DNA of 62,498 nucleotides from Chloroflexota bacterium (GTDB taxonomy: Bacteria; Chloroflexota; Dehalococcoidia; Dehalococcoidales; UBA2162): assembly GCA_016190895.1 (NCBI GenBank), contig JACPPR010000028.1, positions 1 through 62,498 of the forward strand, in the 5' to 3' direction. The notes under the pieces were generated by a model, which saw nothing but the letters and a program-made list of their open reading frames with translations, ran no database searches and was not told where the DNA came from. Shown piece after piece: positions 50,580-58,853 of this stretch; the stretch's first letter is position 1, and the number at the start of each line of letters is the position of its first letter. A program made the position numbers and the translations under genes.

Positions 50580-51217
50580 TATCAGCGACAGAACAAAAAC
50601 CCCTGGAAGAGATTACCCAATCTCTTGAGAAGTGTAAATCGGTCTATCTCATCGGCTGCGGCACGTGCACAACGATACTGCACACCGGCGGTAAGGCCGA
50701 GGTGCTGGCGCTGAAGGACAAGCTGGAAGCCGCCGGCAAGAAAATAGCCGGCTGGATGGTGATACCCACCGCCTGCGATGAGATAACCAAGTATGCCCTG
50801 GAAAGCAGCGAAAAGGAGATTCAGGCCGCTGATTGCCTCCTGGTTACCTCCTGCGCCTACGGAGTGCAACGGGTCAGCCAGTGGGCGGACAAGCCGGCCA
50901 TCCCGGCCGTAAATACCCTGTTCATCGGCAAAGAAGACGGGGATACCTATTCTGAAGTCTGCGCACAGTGCGGGAATTGCGTTCTGGCCTGGACGGGCGG
51001 TATCTGTCCGATAACCTCCTGCCCCAAGGGGCTGTTAGAGGGACCCTGCGGTGGCACCAACAAGGGCAAGTGCGAAGTCGACCCGACCAAAGACTGCGCC
51101 TGGACGCTGATATACAAACGCCTGGAGCAACAGGGACGGCTCGACCTGCTGGAAAAAGAACAGCCGCCGAGAAACTACCAGGCAGTGGTCAGGCCGGGCA
51201 GGCTTATCACAAAATAG
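50576..51217 (+). CDS. metV: methylene-THF reductase Fe-S/Zn subunit MetV
   Basis: GCGTC...GG, CAQCGNC, GICP...CPKGL..GPCGG...CE...CAW. Confidence 0.9.
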   Translation: MISATEQKPLEEITQSLEKCKSVYLIGCGTCTTILHTGGKAEVLALKDKLEAAGKKIAGWMVIPTACDEITKYALESSEKEIQAADCLLVTSCAYGVQRVSQWADKPAIPAVNTLFIGKEDGDTYSEVCAQCGNCVLAWTGGICPITSCPKGLLEGPCGGTNKGKCEVDPTKDCAWTLIYKRLEQQGRLDLLEKEQPPRNYQAVVRPGRLITK

Positions 51218-51251
51218 TTCGACAGGCTCACTATAAGTAAGAGGAGAAACA

Positions 51252-52136
51252 ATGCCGACACCTTTCAAAGAAGTCCTTAACTCAGGCAAGTTCGTCGTTA
51301 CCTGCGAGATAGCGCCTCCAAAGGGGACTAATCTCGAAAAGGTTATCCACCATATCGATTTGCTCAAGGATAAGGTAGACGGACTTAACGCTACCGATAA
51401 CCAGGGCTCGAGTATGCGCTATCCCTCGCTGGGACTGTGCCTCTTGATTAAGGAACGGGGTGGGGAACCCATCCTGCAAATGACCTGCCGCGACCGCAAC
51501 CGCCTCGCTCTCCAGTCCGACCTTCTCTTCGCTTACTCCCGGGGAATAAACAACGTGCTCTGCCTGACCGGCGACGCTATCACCCTGGGCGACCACAAAC
51601 AGGCCAAGCCGGTGTTCGATATAGATTCCCTCCAATTGCTCAGGACAATCCGCACTCTGGAATCGGGGAAAGACCTGGGCGGCAACGACCTGGACGGCGC
51701 ACCCAAGTTTTGCGCCGGCGCCATCGTTACTCCGGAGGCCCAGCCTATCGAGCCGCAGATGATAAAATTCAGAAAAAAGGTCAGAGCCGGAGCCGAGTTC
51801 TTCCAGACTCAAGCAGTCTATGATATCGGCAATTTAAGAAATTTTATGCAAGCCGCCCGGCAGTATAACACCAAAATCATGGCTGGCATCGTCCTGTTGA
51901 CATCGGCAGGTATGGCCAGATTTATGAACGCAAATGTCTCAGGCATCTTTGTTCCTCAAGCGCTCATCGACGAAATGTCAAAAGCCGAAAAAGGCAAAGC
52001 CCTGCAGAAGGGCATCGAGATTGCCGGGCGCATGATTAAGACCATCAAGGACGAGAAGCTCTGCGACGGCGTTCACATCATGGCAATCAACAAGGAAGAA
52101 ACGGTACCCGATATCTTAGCCGCCGCGGGGTTATAA
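51252..52136 (+). CDS. metF: methylenetetrahydrofolate reductase MetF
   Basis: EIAPPKG, TDNQ, QMTCRDRNR, LTGD, FFQTQ and GVHIMA. Confidence 0.95.
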   Translation: MPTPFKEVLNSGKFVVTCEIAPPKGTNLEKVIHHIDLLKDKVDGLNATDNQGSSMRYPSLGLCLLIKERGGEPILQMTCRDRNRLALQSDLLFAYSRGINNVLCLTGDAITLGDHKQAKPVFDIDSLQLLRTIRTLESGKDLGGNDLDGAPKFCAGAIVTPEAQPIEPQMIKFRKKVRAGAEFFQTQAVYDIGNLRNFMQAARQYNTKIMAGIVLLTSAGMARFMNANVSGIFVPQALIDEMSKAEKGKALQKGIEIAGRMIKTIKDEKLCDGVHIMAINKEETVPDILAAAGL

Positions 52137-52149
52137 GAGAACACTGCTT

Positions 52150-52463
52150 CCTCTCCCTCGACGGGAGAGGGTTGGGCGAGGCTGATACCGATTTGTGTCT
52201 CTTGCTTTTTATGTCCCCTCACCTTTAATCCTCCCACAAGGGGAGAGGAGACTGGCGTCCTTTCCCTCTAGACTGGTATTTGCTTCGTTTTCCCTCTCCC
52301 TCGACGGGAGAGTCCCGATTCACTCCGTTCATACGGGATTCCGTATGAGTGAAACGAATCGGAAGGTTGGAGTCTGTCCTGAACACAGAAAAGCGTTGAA
52401 GTTGGGCTTCGCCTGGAAGCGTAACCCACCAGCCGAGCGATAATTGGTGGGTTGCCCCTCTAC
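52150..52463. repeat. cluster of family B repeats, a family C element (52313-52364) and RAYT-like REP halves
   Basis: 52313-52364 is identical to 14366-14417; GAAGCGTAACCCACC...GGTGGGTTGCCCCTCTAC resembles the RAYT-flanking REPs. Confidence 0.85.
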
Positions 52464-53716
52464 ACCGAAAGGGAGCTTTTGTATTCTTTGATGAAGTCTG
52501 CCATTGCCCTGACGTTTTCGACCTTCGCTTCGTCCGGTATCCCCACATCTCCGTTCATAATAAAGCCGCCGTTTTTGCCGACTACATCGATTAGTCTCTT
52601 ACAGTGGCTTTTGACATCTTCCGGAGAGCCGTTAATCATTATCGAGGATGGCACGCCTCCCTCGATACAGACAGTATCGCCCAGCACCTCCTTCGCTCTG
52701 AACAGGTCGGTGCGCTCGAACCAGTAGACTGCCTTGCCCCTGGGGATATCTTTAATCACCTCGAGACGAGAAGTGCAGTCCCCTTCAAAGAGGGGATTGG
52801 GGGTAAAACCGGCATCGATGCATGCCATCATCAGCTTTCTCAAGGAAGGCCAGTAGAAGGTCTTGAACTGTGACGGCGACATAAAGCCGTCGATGCCTTT
52901 GTGCAGGGGTATGAAAACTCGGTTTACACCGGGCGTTTTGGACACTGAGATGCCTTGCTCTATCATCGACGGCAGTATCTTATCGATAGCGTCAAGGAGC
53001 TTATCCGGGTTTCGGTACATATCCAGCATGATGCCGCGCGTCCCTCTAAAAAAATCACCGAGGTAATCGAAGGGCGCGTAGGTCGAGGAAACAAACTGGC
53101 GGGGAAAGCCCAGGGATTCCATCTCCCGGGTGAACTCGCGGCCCTTTGCCACCATTTTCTGGCCTTCCTGCCCGGCCTTGACCAGCGCCTCAAAAGCGCC
53201 AGCCATTTCCGGGGTGCCGAAAGACGAGACGTAGGCGGCTGACCTGGTATACCAGGCCCAAGTGAGAGGACGCAGCTTTTTGAACGGTTCCATCACTCCC
53301 CAAACGCGCGGCAGAAAACTGCGTAGCAGGAAGTCGGAGGGGTCGGCGAGGAAGGCGTCATACTCTTCGGCTTTCATATATTCGCCTTCGACGAACTGGT
53401 AGGTAGCATCGGATTTACCCCCATGACCCGGCCAGACGAGTTGTTTGTAGTTCACGATTTCGAGAGTCGGCGCCCAGGCCAAAAGACGGAAAGTATCGGC
53501 AAAAGCATCCGGCTGAAAATCAAGAATGAATCGCTTTACAGCTATTGCTAATCTGTCGTAGTCATGCATGGCTTCTTCAAAATTAAGGCCGGCATATCTC
53601 ACCGGGAAGAAGCTCAGAAAGGGAGCGAAGGGCACCCTGTCCGGCTCCTTCAGCTCTATTGCATTTCGAATTCTTTCCGTTCTCTCCTGGAATAATTCTC
53701 CGGGGGATTTGTCCAT
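52460..53716 (-). CDS. uroporphyrinogen decarboxylase / MtaA-CmuA methyltransferase family protein
   Basis: EPDRVP, RGTRGIMLDMYRNPD, PLHKG, FMSPSQFKTFYWP, AKEVLGD.VCIEG and GGFI. Confidence 0.85.
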   Translation of the reverse strand: MDKSPGELFQERTERIRNAIELKEPDRVPFAPFLSFFPVRYAGLNFEEAMHDYDRLAIAVKRFILDFQPDAFADTFRLLAWAPTLEIVNYKQLVWPGHGGKSDATYQFVEGEYMKAEEYDAFLADPSDFLLRSFLPRVWGVMEPFKKLRPLTWAWYTRSAAYVSSFGTPEMAGAFEALVKAGQEGQKMVAKGREFTREMESLGFPRQFVSSTYAPFDYLGDFFRGTRGIMLDMYRNPDKLLDAIDKILPSMIEQGISVSKTPGVNRVFIPLHKGIDGFMSPSQFKTFYWPSLRKLMMACIDAGFTPNPLFEGDCTSRLEVIKDIPRGKAVYWFERTDLFRAKEVLGDTVCIEGGVPSSIMINGSPEDVKSHCKRLIDVVGKNGGFIMNGDVGIPDEAKVENVRAMADFIKEYKSSLSV

Positions 53717-53831
53717 TCTAATTGCCTCCGCAAGAACGAGTTAGCAGTATTATACCACGTGTTAGCAGTGCTCACAGCCTGAGGCCAGGCATGAATCAGG
53801 CCCGTAATCCGTGGATTCTCAGAACTAGTCT

Positions 53832-53970
53832 TGTCATTGCGAGACCATCCGCCCGCAGGCGGAGGCGAAGCAATCTGGGCGGGGCGCAACCCCTCCTCCC
53901 AGATTGCCACGTCGCGGAGTTTACACTGACCATGAACGCAGTGAAGGGGAATGTGCTCCTCGCAATGACA
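53832..53970. repeat. family E repeat with nested inserts
   Basis: TGTCATTGCGAG...GAAGCAATCTGG...CCAGATTGCCAC...GAGTTTACACTGA...CTCGCAATGACA. Confidence 0.85.
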
Positions 53971-54107
53971 CCCTTGAGGTGAGGTTCTTGATTCAAACAC
54001 ACGGATTATGGCAGGCATAGATACCTTGAAGAGAGTGACCCCAGCATAGTATGCTTAAAGTAGCGAGTGGAATGTAATACGAGTCAAAACAGGAAATGCG
54101 AGGTTGA

Positions 54108-56252
54108 ATGAAGGTAATATCCAGAGATAGTCATCACGTAGAGCACCCGTTCCAGGACAAGATGTTTGAGAAATTGTGGGAGCCGATTTCTATCGGCAGC
54201 CTGAAGCTTAAGAACAGGATAGCGATGGCCCCCATCCAGAGACTTCCTGCCGAGAACGTTTGGCCAGATATGCACCCCACCCATATCTTGTTCCATGAGG
54301 CGATTGCTAAGGGCGGCGCCGGTCTGATAGTCTTCGGCGAGTGTGATGTGACGCCCGGTTCGCAGGGTACCGTGCAGAACGTGAACGGAAAGAGTTCGGT
54401 AGACCCGGACCGCGGAATAAGAAGACCCACCAAAGGGATTTGGAGTGACGATGCCATGCCGGGCTGGGTGAAACTATTCGACGCCTGTCACAAGCACGGC
54501 GCCAGGGTAATGCCGGCGCTTTCCAGCTATGCCAGATGGATTCCGAAAACGCAGGCCTTGCGTGGAGAAGGAATAATCGAGTTCATTATACCTGATTGGA
54601 AAGAATCAGGCATGACTCCCGAGGCTCTGGAGGCAGAAAAGAAGAACTACGTTGCCGCGGCCGTGCGGGCCAAGAAAGCCGGTGCCGATGGGGTGCAACT
54701 GGCTGGCACCAGAGAAAGCCTGATTGCCATACTGGTATCTCAAATCAGAAATCCGGGAGTTCCCGGCTACAGTGAAGACCTCAAAGCAAGAGTCCGTTTC
54801 CCTGTGGAAATCATCAGGGAAATCAAGGCAGCCTGCGGGCAAGACTTCCCGATAACGATTCGTATTAGCGCTGTCGAGTATATGGCAGACGGTTACGGTA
54901 TCGAGTATTCGAAACAGGTTGCCAAAGAATGTGTCGACGCAGGGATAGATGCCATCGATGTCACCCAGGCCGGATTCTCCACTCAGGTCCCGCAGCTTCA
55001 GATGGTGGTCCCACCCGGAGCATACGCGCATTACGCTCGGGCCGTGAAGAGCTATCTGTCCTCGCTAGGCGCCCCATATGACAAGGTAGTCATTATGAAC
55101 GCCTGCCGAATCCAGAATCCGTGGATAGCCGCCTCGATGTTGCGAAACGGCGATTGCGATATCGTGAGCGTTTGCCGCGAACTCATCGCCGACCCGGATT
55201 GGCCTAACAAAATCAAGGAAGGCCGTATCGATGATATTGTTCCGTGCACCGGGTGCGTCTGGTGCATGAGGAGCTCTACTTGCGCCGTAAATCCTCAATC
55301 GCCCTTCTACAAGTCTGCCGAACAGACGAAGGGTTTACAGATGACCAGGGCTGCCAGGGTAAAGAAAGTCATCGTAGCCGGCGGCGGGCTAGCCGGTATG
55401 GTGGCCGCCCGGGCGCTCGCCCTGAGGGGGCACAAAGTAACCCTGTATGAGAAAGAAGCAGACCTCGGTATGAGGGTCTACGTCCAGGGTCTCGCGCCAT
55501 TCAGAACTGACATGGACTTGATGAGAAGGTACTTCTCAACGCAGATTAAGAAGCTGGGAGTAGATATCCGGTGTAACCAGGAGGTAACACCGGCCCTTGT
55601 GGAGAATGAGAAGCCGGATGCCGTGGTTGTCGCCACGGGCTGCCGGCCGACATTGCCCGCAATAGCCGGCATTGCTAAGCATCCTCATGTGGTGTGTGTC
55701 GAGGATGTTCTCCTCGAACGAGTGGATGTCGGGAAAAAGGTCTTGGTTATCGATGCCGAGGTCGACCATGATTTGGGCAGTCTCGGCAGTTTTACAGCTC
55801 AATTCGTGGCCAGGAGCGCCTGCCTGCGGGACGACGTCGCTGCTCACATCACCCGATGGAGTCCCCAGCACACAGCGGAAGACGTTAAGGTAATGGCAAA
55901 TACGCCGGTCGGGAGAGACGTGACGATTGTGACGAGGGCTGAACGGGTGGCCGATGTCGAATATCACCATTACACGACTGTGGAAGACCTGAGGAGAATG
56001 GGCGTCAACGTGTTCTTAAAGTGCCGGTACAAAGAGGTAAACGAAAAGGGTCTCGTTATGATTAGTGACGGGGAGGAACGTCTCATCGAGGCCGATACGA
56101 TAATAACTTCGGACTATGAGTCCGTCGATGAGCTTTATAAGGTGCTGGAAGGCAAAGTTCCTGAACTCCACCTGGTCGGTGATGCCAGGAATATTCAAAT
56201 CGATTACATTGCGAATGTCCATGGGCCATACCGGACGGCTCTTAGAATCTAA
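54108..56252 (+). CDS. OYE-like NADH:flavin oxidoreductase (FMN barrel, 4Fe-4S, FAD domain; DCR/BaiCD-type architecture)
   Basis: LKNRIAMAP, AGADGVQ, RELIADPDWP.K, CTGCVWC...CAVNP and GGGLAGM. Confidence 0.88.
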   Translation: MKVISRDSHHVEHPFQDKMFEKLWEPISIGSLKLKNRIAMAPIQRLPAENVWPDMHPTHILFHEAIAKGGAGLIVFGECDVTPGSQGTVQNVNGKSSVDPDRGIRRPTKGIWSDDAMPGWVKLFDACHKHGARVMPALSSYARWIPKTQALRGEGIIEFIIPDWKESGMTPEALEAEKKNYVAAAVRAKKAGADGVQLAGTRESLIAILVSQIRNPGVPGYSEDLKARVRFPVEIIREIKAACGQDFPITIRISAVEYMADGYGIEYSKQVAKECVDAGIDAIDVTQAGFSTQVPQLQMVVPPGAYAHYARAVKSYLSSLGAPYDKVVIMNACRIQNPWIAASMLRNGDCDIVSVCRELIADPDWPNKIKEGRIDDIVPCTGCVWCMRSSTCAVNPQSPFYKSAEQTKGLQMTRAARVKKVIVAGGGLAGMVAARALALRGHKVTLYEKEADLGMRVYVQGLAPFRTDMDLMRRYFSTQIKKLGVDIRCNQEVTPALVENEKPDAVVVATGCRPTLPAIAGIAKHPHVVCVEDVLLERVDVGKKVLVIDAEVDHDLGSLGSFTAQFVARSACLRDDVAAHITRWSPQHTAEDVKVMANTPVGRDVTIVTRAERVADVEYHHYTTVEDLRRMGVNVFLKCRYKEVNEKGLVMISDGEERLIEADTIITSDYESVDELYKVLEGKVPELHLVGDARNIQIDYIANVHGPYRTALRI

Positions 56253-56310
56253 GCCTTCAGCGGCCCCGAAGCTGGGACTAAGACTAAGACAAACAAAAGG
56301 AGGTATTCAA

Positions 56311-56676
56311 ATGCCCGAATATTGGTTTGACCACATTCATCTCAGGAGCCTGAACCCTATAAAAACCGCCGAGTTCTACGAGCAAATGTTCGGGGCGAAA
56401 CGGGTTAGTTCCCGCGATTCAGGCGATGGTCGAGCTATGGTGAAACTCGATTTGAAGGGAGTAACCATATTGATTAACCAGACGGCCGAGGGCACCCAGA
56501 CCGGGCTGGTTCACTTCGGTATCAGGACCGATAAACTGGAAGAATCGGTAAGCGCTATGAAAGAAAAGGGCGTCAAATTCACTCAGGATATAAGACAGGC
56601 GCGGCCGGACTTCAAGATGTCGTTTCTTGTAGCTCCGGAGGAAGTGTCTATCGAACTGCAGGAAGGGCAGTTCTAA
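56311..56676 (+). CDS. VOC (glyoxalase/epimerase) family protein
   Basis: FDHIHL...FY...FGA, HFGI and IEL; AAGGAGG RBS before ATG 56311. Confidence 0.85.
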   Translation: MPEYWFDHIHLRSLNPIKTAEFYEQMFGAKRVSSRDSGDGRAMVKLDLKGVTILINQTAEGTQTGLVHFGIRTDKLEESVSAMKEKGVKFTQDIRQARPDFKMSFLVAPEEVSIELQEGQF

Positions 56677-56699
56677 ATTCGAGGCAGCTCGATTATCAG

Positions 56700-57359
56700 A
56701 TGGAAGACAGGCACATCTCAGTACCGGAACAGAAAAACTATGAGCAGGCTTTCCAGCTGGCTCACCAGTTTGCTCGTGAGAAGCTGGCTGCCATCCCTGA
56801 CATTGAAGAACAGTGCCGGAGAAGCGGCACCCAGTACCAGCAAGCGGCTGATAAGAAGATGGTCGTCATCCGCTACCTGAACCAGCCCTACTTCCTCTCA
56901 GTTCCTGATGCTAAAATTTCCCCGGCTGAAGATGCCGACCCTATCACGAAGAGAGACGGGCTGATTATGCTCCATTATTTTCTATCGGCGAAAGGCACCC
57001 CGCCGACCGGCAGGCTGATTACCTTCCGGGAACTGCCAGAAGGCAGCGTCTACCAGCCGACCTTCGCCAAGCGGACAATCCAGCCCCTCCTGCAGAACTT
57101 CGGCAAAGAACCCGACAACCTGTTGCTGTATAGCCTGCAGATGGGAGGCTACAAATCCGATTACGGCGATATGGGAGTGACCATCAACGCTTTCAGCCGG
57201 GTGCCGGTAACCTTTGTCATCTGGCAGGGCGATGACGAGTTCCCTTCGCAGGGCAACGTCCTCTTCGATGCCAACATTTCAGATTACCTGCCCACCGAAG
57301 ACATCACCGTACTATGCGAAATCATCACCTGGAGACTCATCAGGTTTTCAAGGGCGTAG
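56700..57359 (+). CDS. DUF3786 family protein
   Basis: LHY, FRELPEG, FSRVPV...WQGDDEFP...LFD...YLPTED. Confidence 0.85.
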   Translation: MEDRHISVPEQKNYEQAFQLAHQFAREKLAAIPDIEEQCRRSGTQYQQAADKKMVVIRYLNQPYFLSVPDAKISPAEDADPITKRDGLIMLHYFLSAKGTPPTGRLITFRELPEGSVYQPTFAKRTIQPLLQNFGKEPDNLLLYSLQMGGYKSDYGDMGVTINAFSRVPVTFVIWQGDDEFPSQGNVLFDANISDYLPTEDITVLCEIITWRLIRFSRA

Positions 57360-57483
57360 AGGCAAACCTCCGTGTCTGCCCGCTCTTCGGTAGAGACACG
57401 GCATGCCGTGTCTCTACCTCCTCTCCCCTTGCGGGAGAGGATTATGCCTGCCTCGTTATTGGTGTGCACAATAAGGTGAGGGG
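57356..57483. repeat. two GTAG REPs plus a family B repeat
   Basis: GTAGAGGCAAACC..., GTAGAGACACGGCATGCCGTGTCTCTAC and CCTCTCCCCTTGCGGGAGAGG...GGTGAGGGG. Confidence 0.8.
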
Positions 57484-57499
57484 ACACACATTTCACACC

Positions 57500-57528
57500 T
57501 TGAGAATCCTACCTCAAACCCTTACAAT
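57500..57528 (+). promoter_or_regulatory. promoter TTGAGA-17-TACAAT, 6 nt before the mobA ATG (leaderless)
   Basis: Spacing places the TSS at or near the start codon; no SD sequence. Confidence 0.6.
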
Positions 57529-57534
57529 ACGCTT

Positions 57535-58140
57535 ATGACAGCAACAGGAATCATTCTGGCCGGCGGCAAGAACCTGCGCCTTGGTAAAATCAAAGCCCTC
57601 CAGACCATCGGCGGCAAGAGCCTGGTGGAACGGGCTATCGAACGCCTCCGGCCGATAGTCAGCCAGATTTTCATAGTGACATCTGCGGAACGGGCGGGAC
57701 TTCTGGACGCCGGCGAGGCAAAAATTCTGACCGACCTATATCCCGGCCATGGACCGCTCGGAGGCATCTATACCGGTCTGGCGGCTGCACAGACTTCCCA
57801 CGGCATTGTCGTCGCCTGCGATATGCCCTTCCTTAACACCAAACTGCTAGGCCATATGCTCGCGATTGCGGCTGACTTCGACGCCGTTGTCCCCCGTGTC
57901 GATGGAGGCATGATTGAGCCGCTGCACGCCGTCTATTCCCGTAAATGCCTCGACAAAATGAAGGCTCGCCTGGACAACAAACAACTCTCGGTCGAGTCCT
58001 TTATCAAGACTCTTAACGTTAGATATATCGACCCGGAGGAAAGCCAGCAGTTCGACCCCAGGCTGCTCTCATTCTTCAACATCAACTACCAGGCAGACCT
58101 GGAGCGGGCGATTGCTCTCGATGCGGCAACCAACCCGTAG
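57535..58140 (+). CDS. mobA: molybdenum cofactor guanylyltransferase
   Basis: ILAGG...R.G..KA, GPLGGI, ACDMPF, EPLHAVY and FFNIN. Confidence 0.92.
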   Translation: MTATGIILAGGKNLRLGKIKALQTIGGKSLVERAIERLRPIVSQIFIVTSAERAGLLDAGEAKILTDLYPGHGPLGGIYTGLAAAQTSHGIVVACDMPFLNTKLLGHMLAIAADFDAVVPRVDGGMIEPLHAVYSRKCLDKMKARLDNKQLSVESFIKTLNVRYIDPEESQQFDPRLLSFFNINYQADLERAIALDAATNP

Positions 58141-58342
58141 GGGCGACCGGCGGTCGCCCTGTAGGGGCAAGGCATGTCGTGCCTGTCATTGCGAGGAGCG
58201 CAGCGACGAAGCAATCCGTATAATCTCTTGAGATTGCCACGGGGCAGAGTTTACACTGAGCCGAGCGAATGTGCCTTCGCCATGACAAAGAAGTTTACGG
58301 ATTGCTTCGCCTTCCGCTATGGCGGAATGGCTCGCAATGACA
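58137..58342. repeat. GTAG REPs followed by a family E repeat with nested inserts
   Basis: GTAGGGGCGACCGGCGGTCGCCC, GTAGGGGCAAGGCATG and TGTCATTGCGAG...CTCGCAATGACA. Confidence 0.85.
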
Positions 58343-58412
58343 GCACGGGCTTCTCGTTCACTTTTTAGAAACTATGCTATAATTGCCTCGTAAGAGGAAA
58401 GGAGGATAGAAG

Positions 58413-58718
58413 ATGAGTGATGCTTTGAATGAAGCCTATGGGATAGTCCAGTGCAAGGAGTGTCCCTGGTATAAGGCCTGCGCCATGCCGATGCGCTTCA
58501 CGGCTGAAGATATCCGCAGGCAAATGGAGTCAGGTCAGGGGCTGCCAGGCATGCCCCCGCCCGACCTCAATATGCAGAACCTGCTCTCCAACATGGCGAC
58601 GGCAGCCCAGAACTCGCTGATGGAAGGCTGCCCGGTGTTCATTGACCGCCTGCGCAAAAGCCCCAAACTCGCCCAGCGCATCAAAGAAATCATGCAAAAC
58701 TGGGCGAAAGAGGAATAG
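58413..58718 (+). CDS. hypothetical Cys-containing protein (101 aa)
   Basis: GGAGG RBS and upstream extended -10 TGCTATAAT (58375-58383); CKECPWYKAC and GCP. Confidence 0.75.
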   Translation: MSDALNEAYGIVQCKECPWYKACAMPMRFTAEDIRRQMESGQGLPGMPPPDLNMQNLLSNMATAAQNSLMEGCPVFIDRLRKSPKLAQRIKEIMQNWAKEE

Positions 58719-58727
58719 CGCCGTGCC

Positions 58728-58800
58728 TGTCATTCTGAGCCGCAGCGAAGAATCTCACGTGAGACCCTTCGTCCCAATGGAATCGTGACTCAGGGTGACA
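58728..58800. repeat. family F repeat
   Basis: Inverted relative of 19472-19542. Confidence 0.85.
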
Positions 58801-58853
58801 AGCCCGTGTCTTCGCTAGACAGCTTTCCAACGAAAACGCCCGGAGGTATGTAG

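Noticed and set aside
52195-52548. Short ORFs over repeat clusters (also 14257-14445, 20324-20557, 46949-47272, 53722-54018 and 58082-58368)
   Set aside because: They are translations of palindromic repeats, with recurring peptides such as NLPIRFTHTESRM and PPLxKGGLRG, and lack translation signals.
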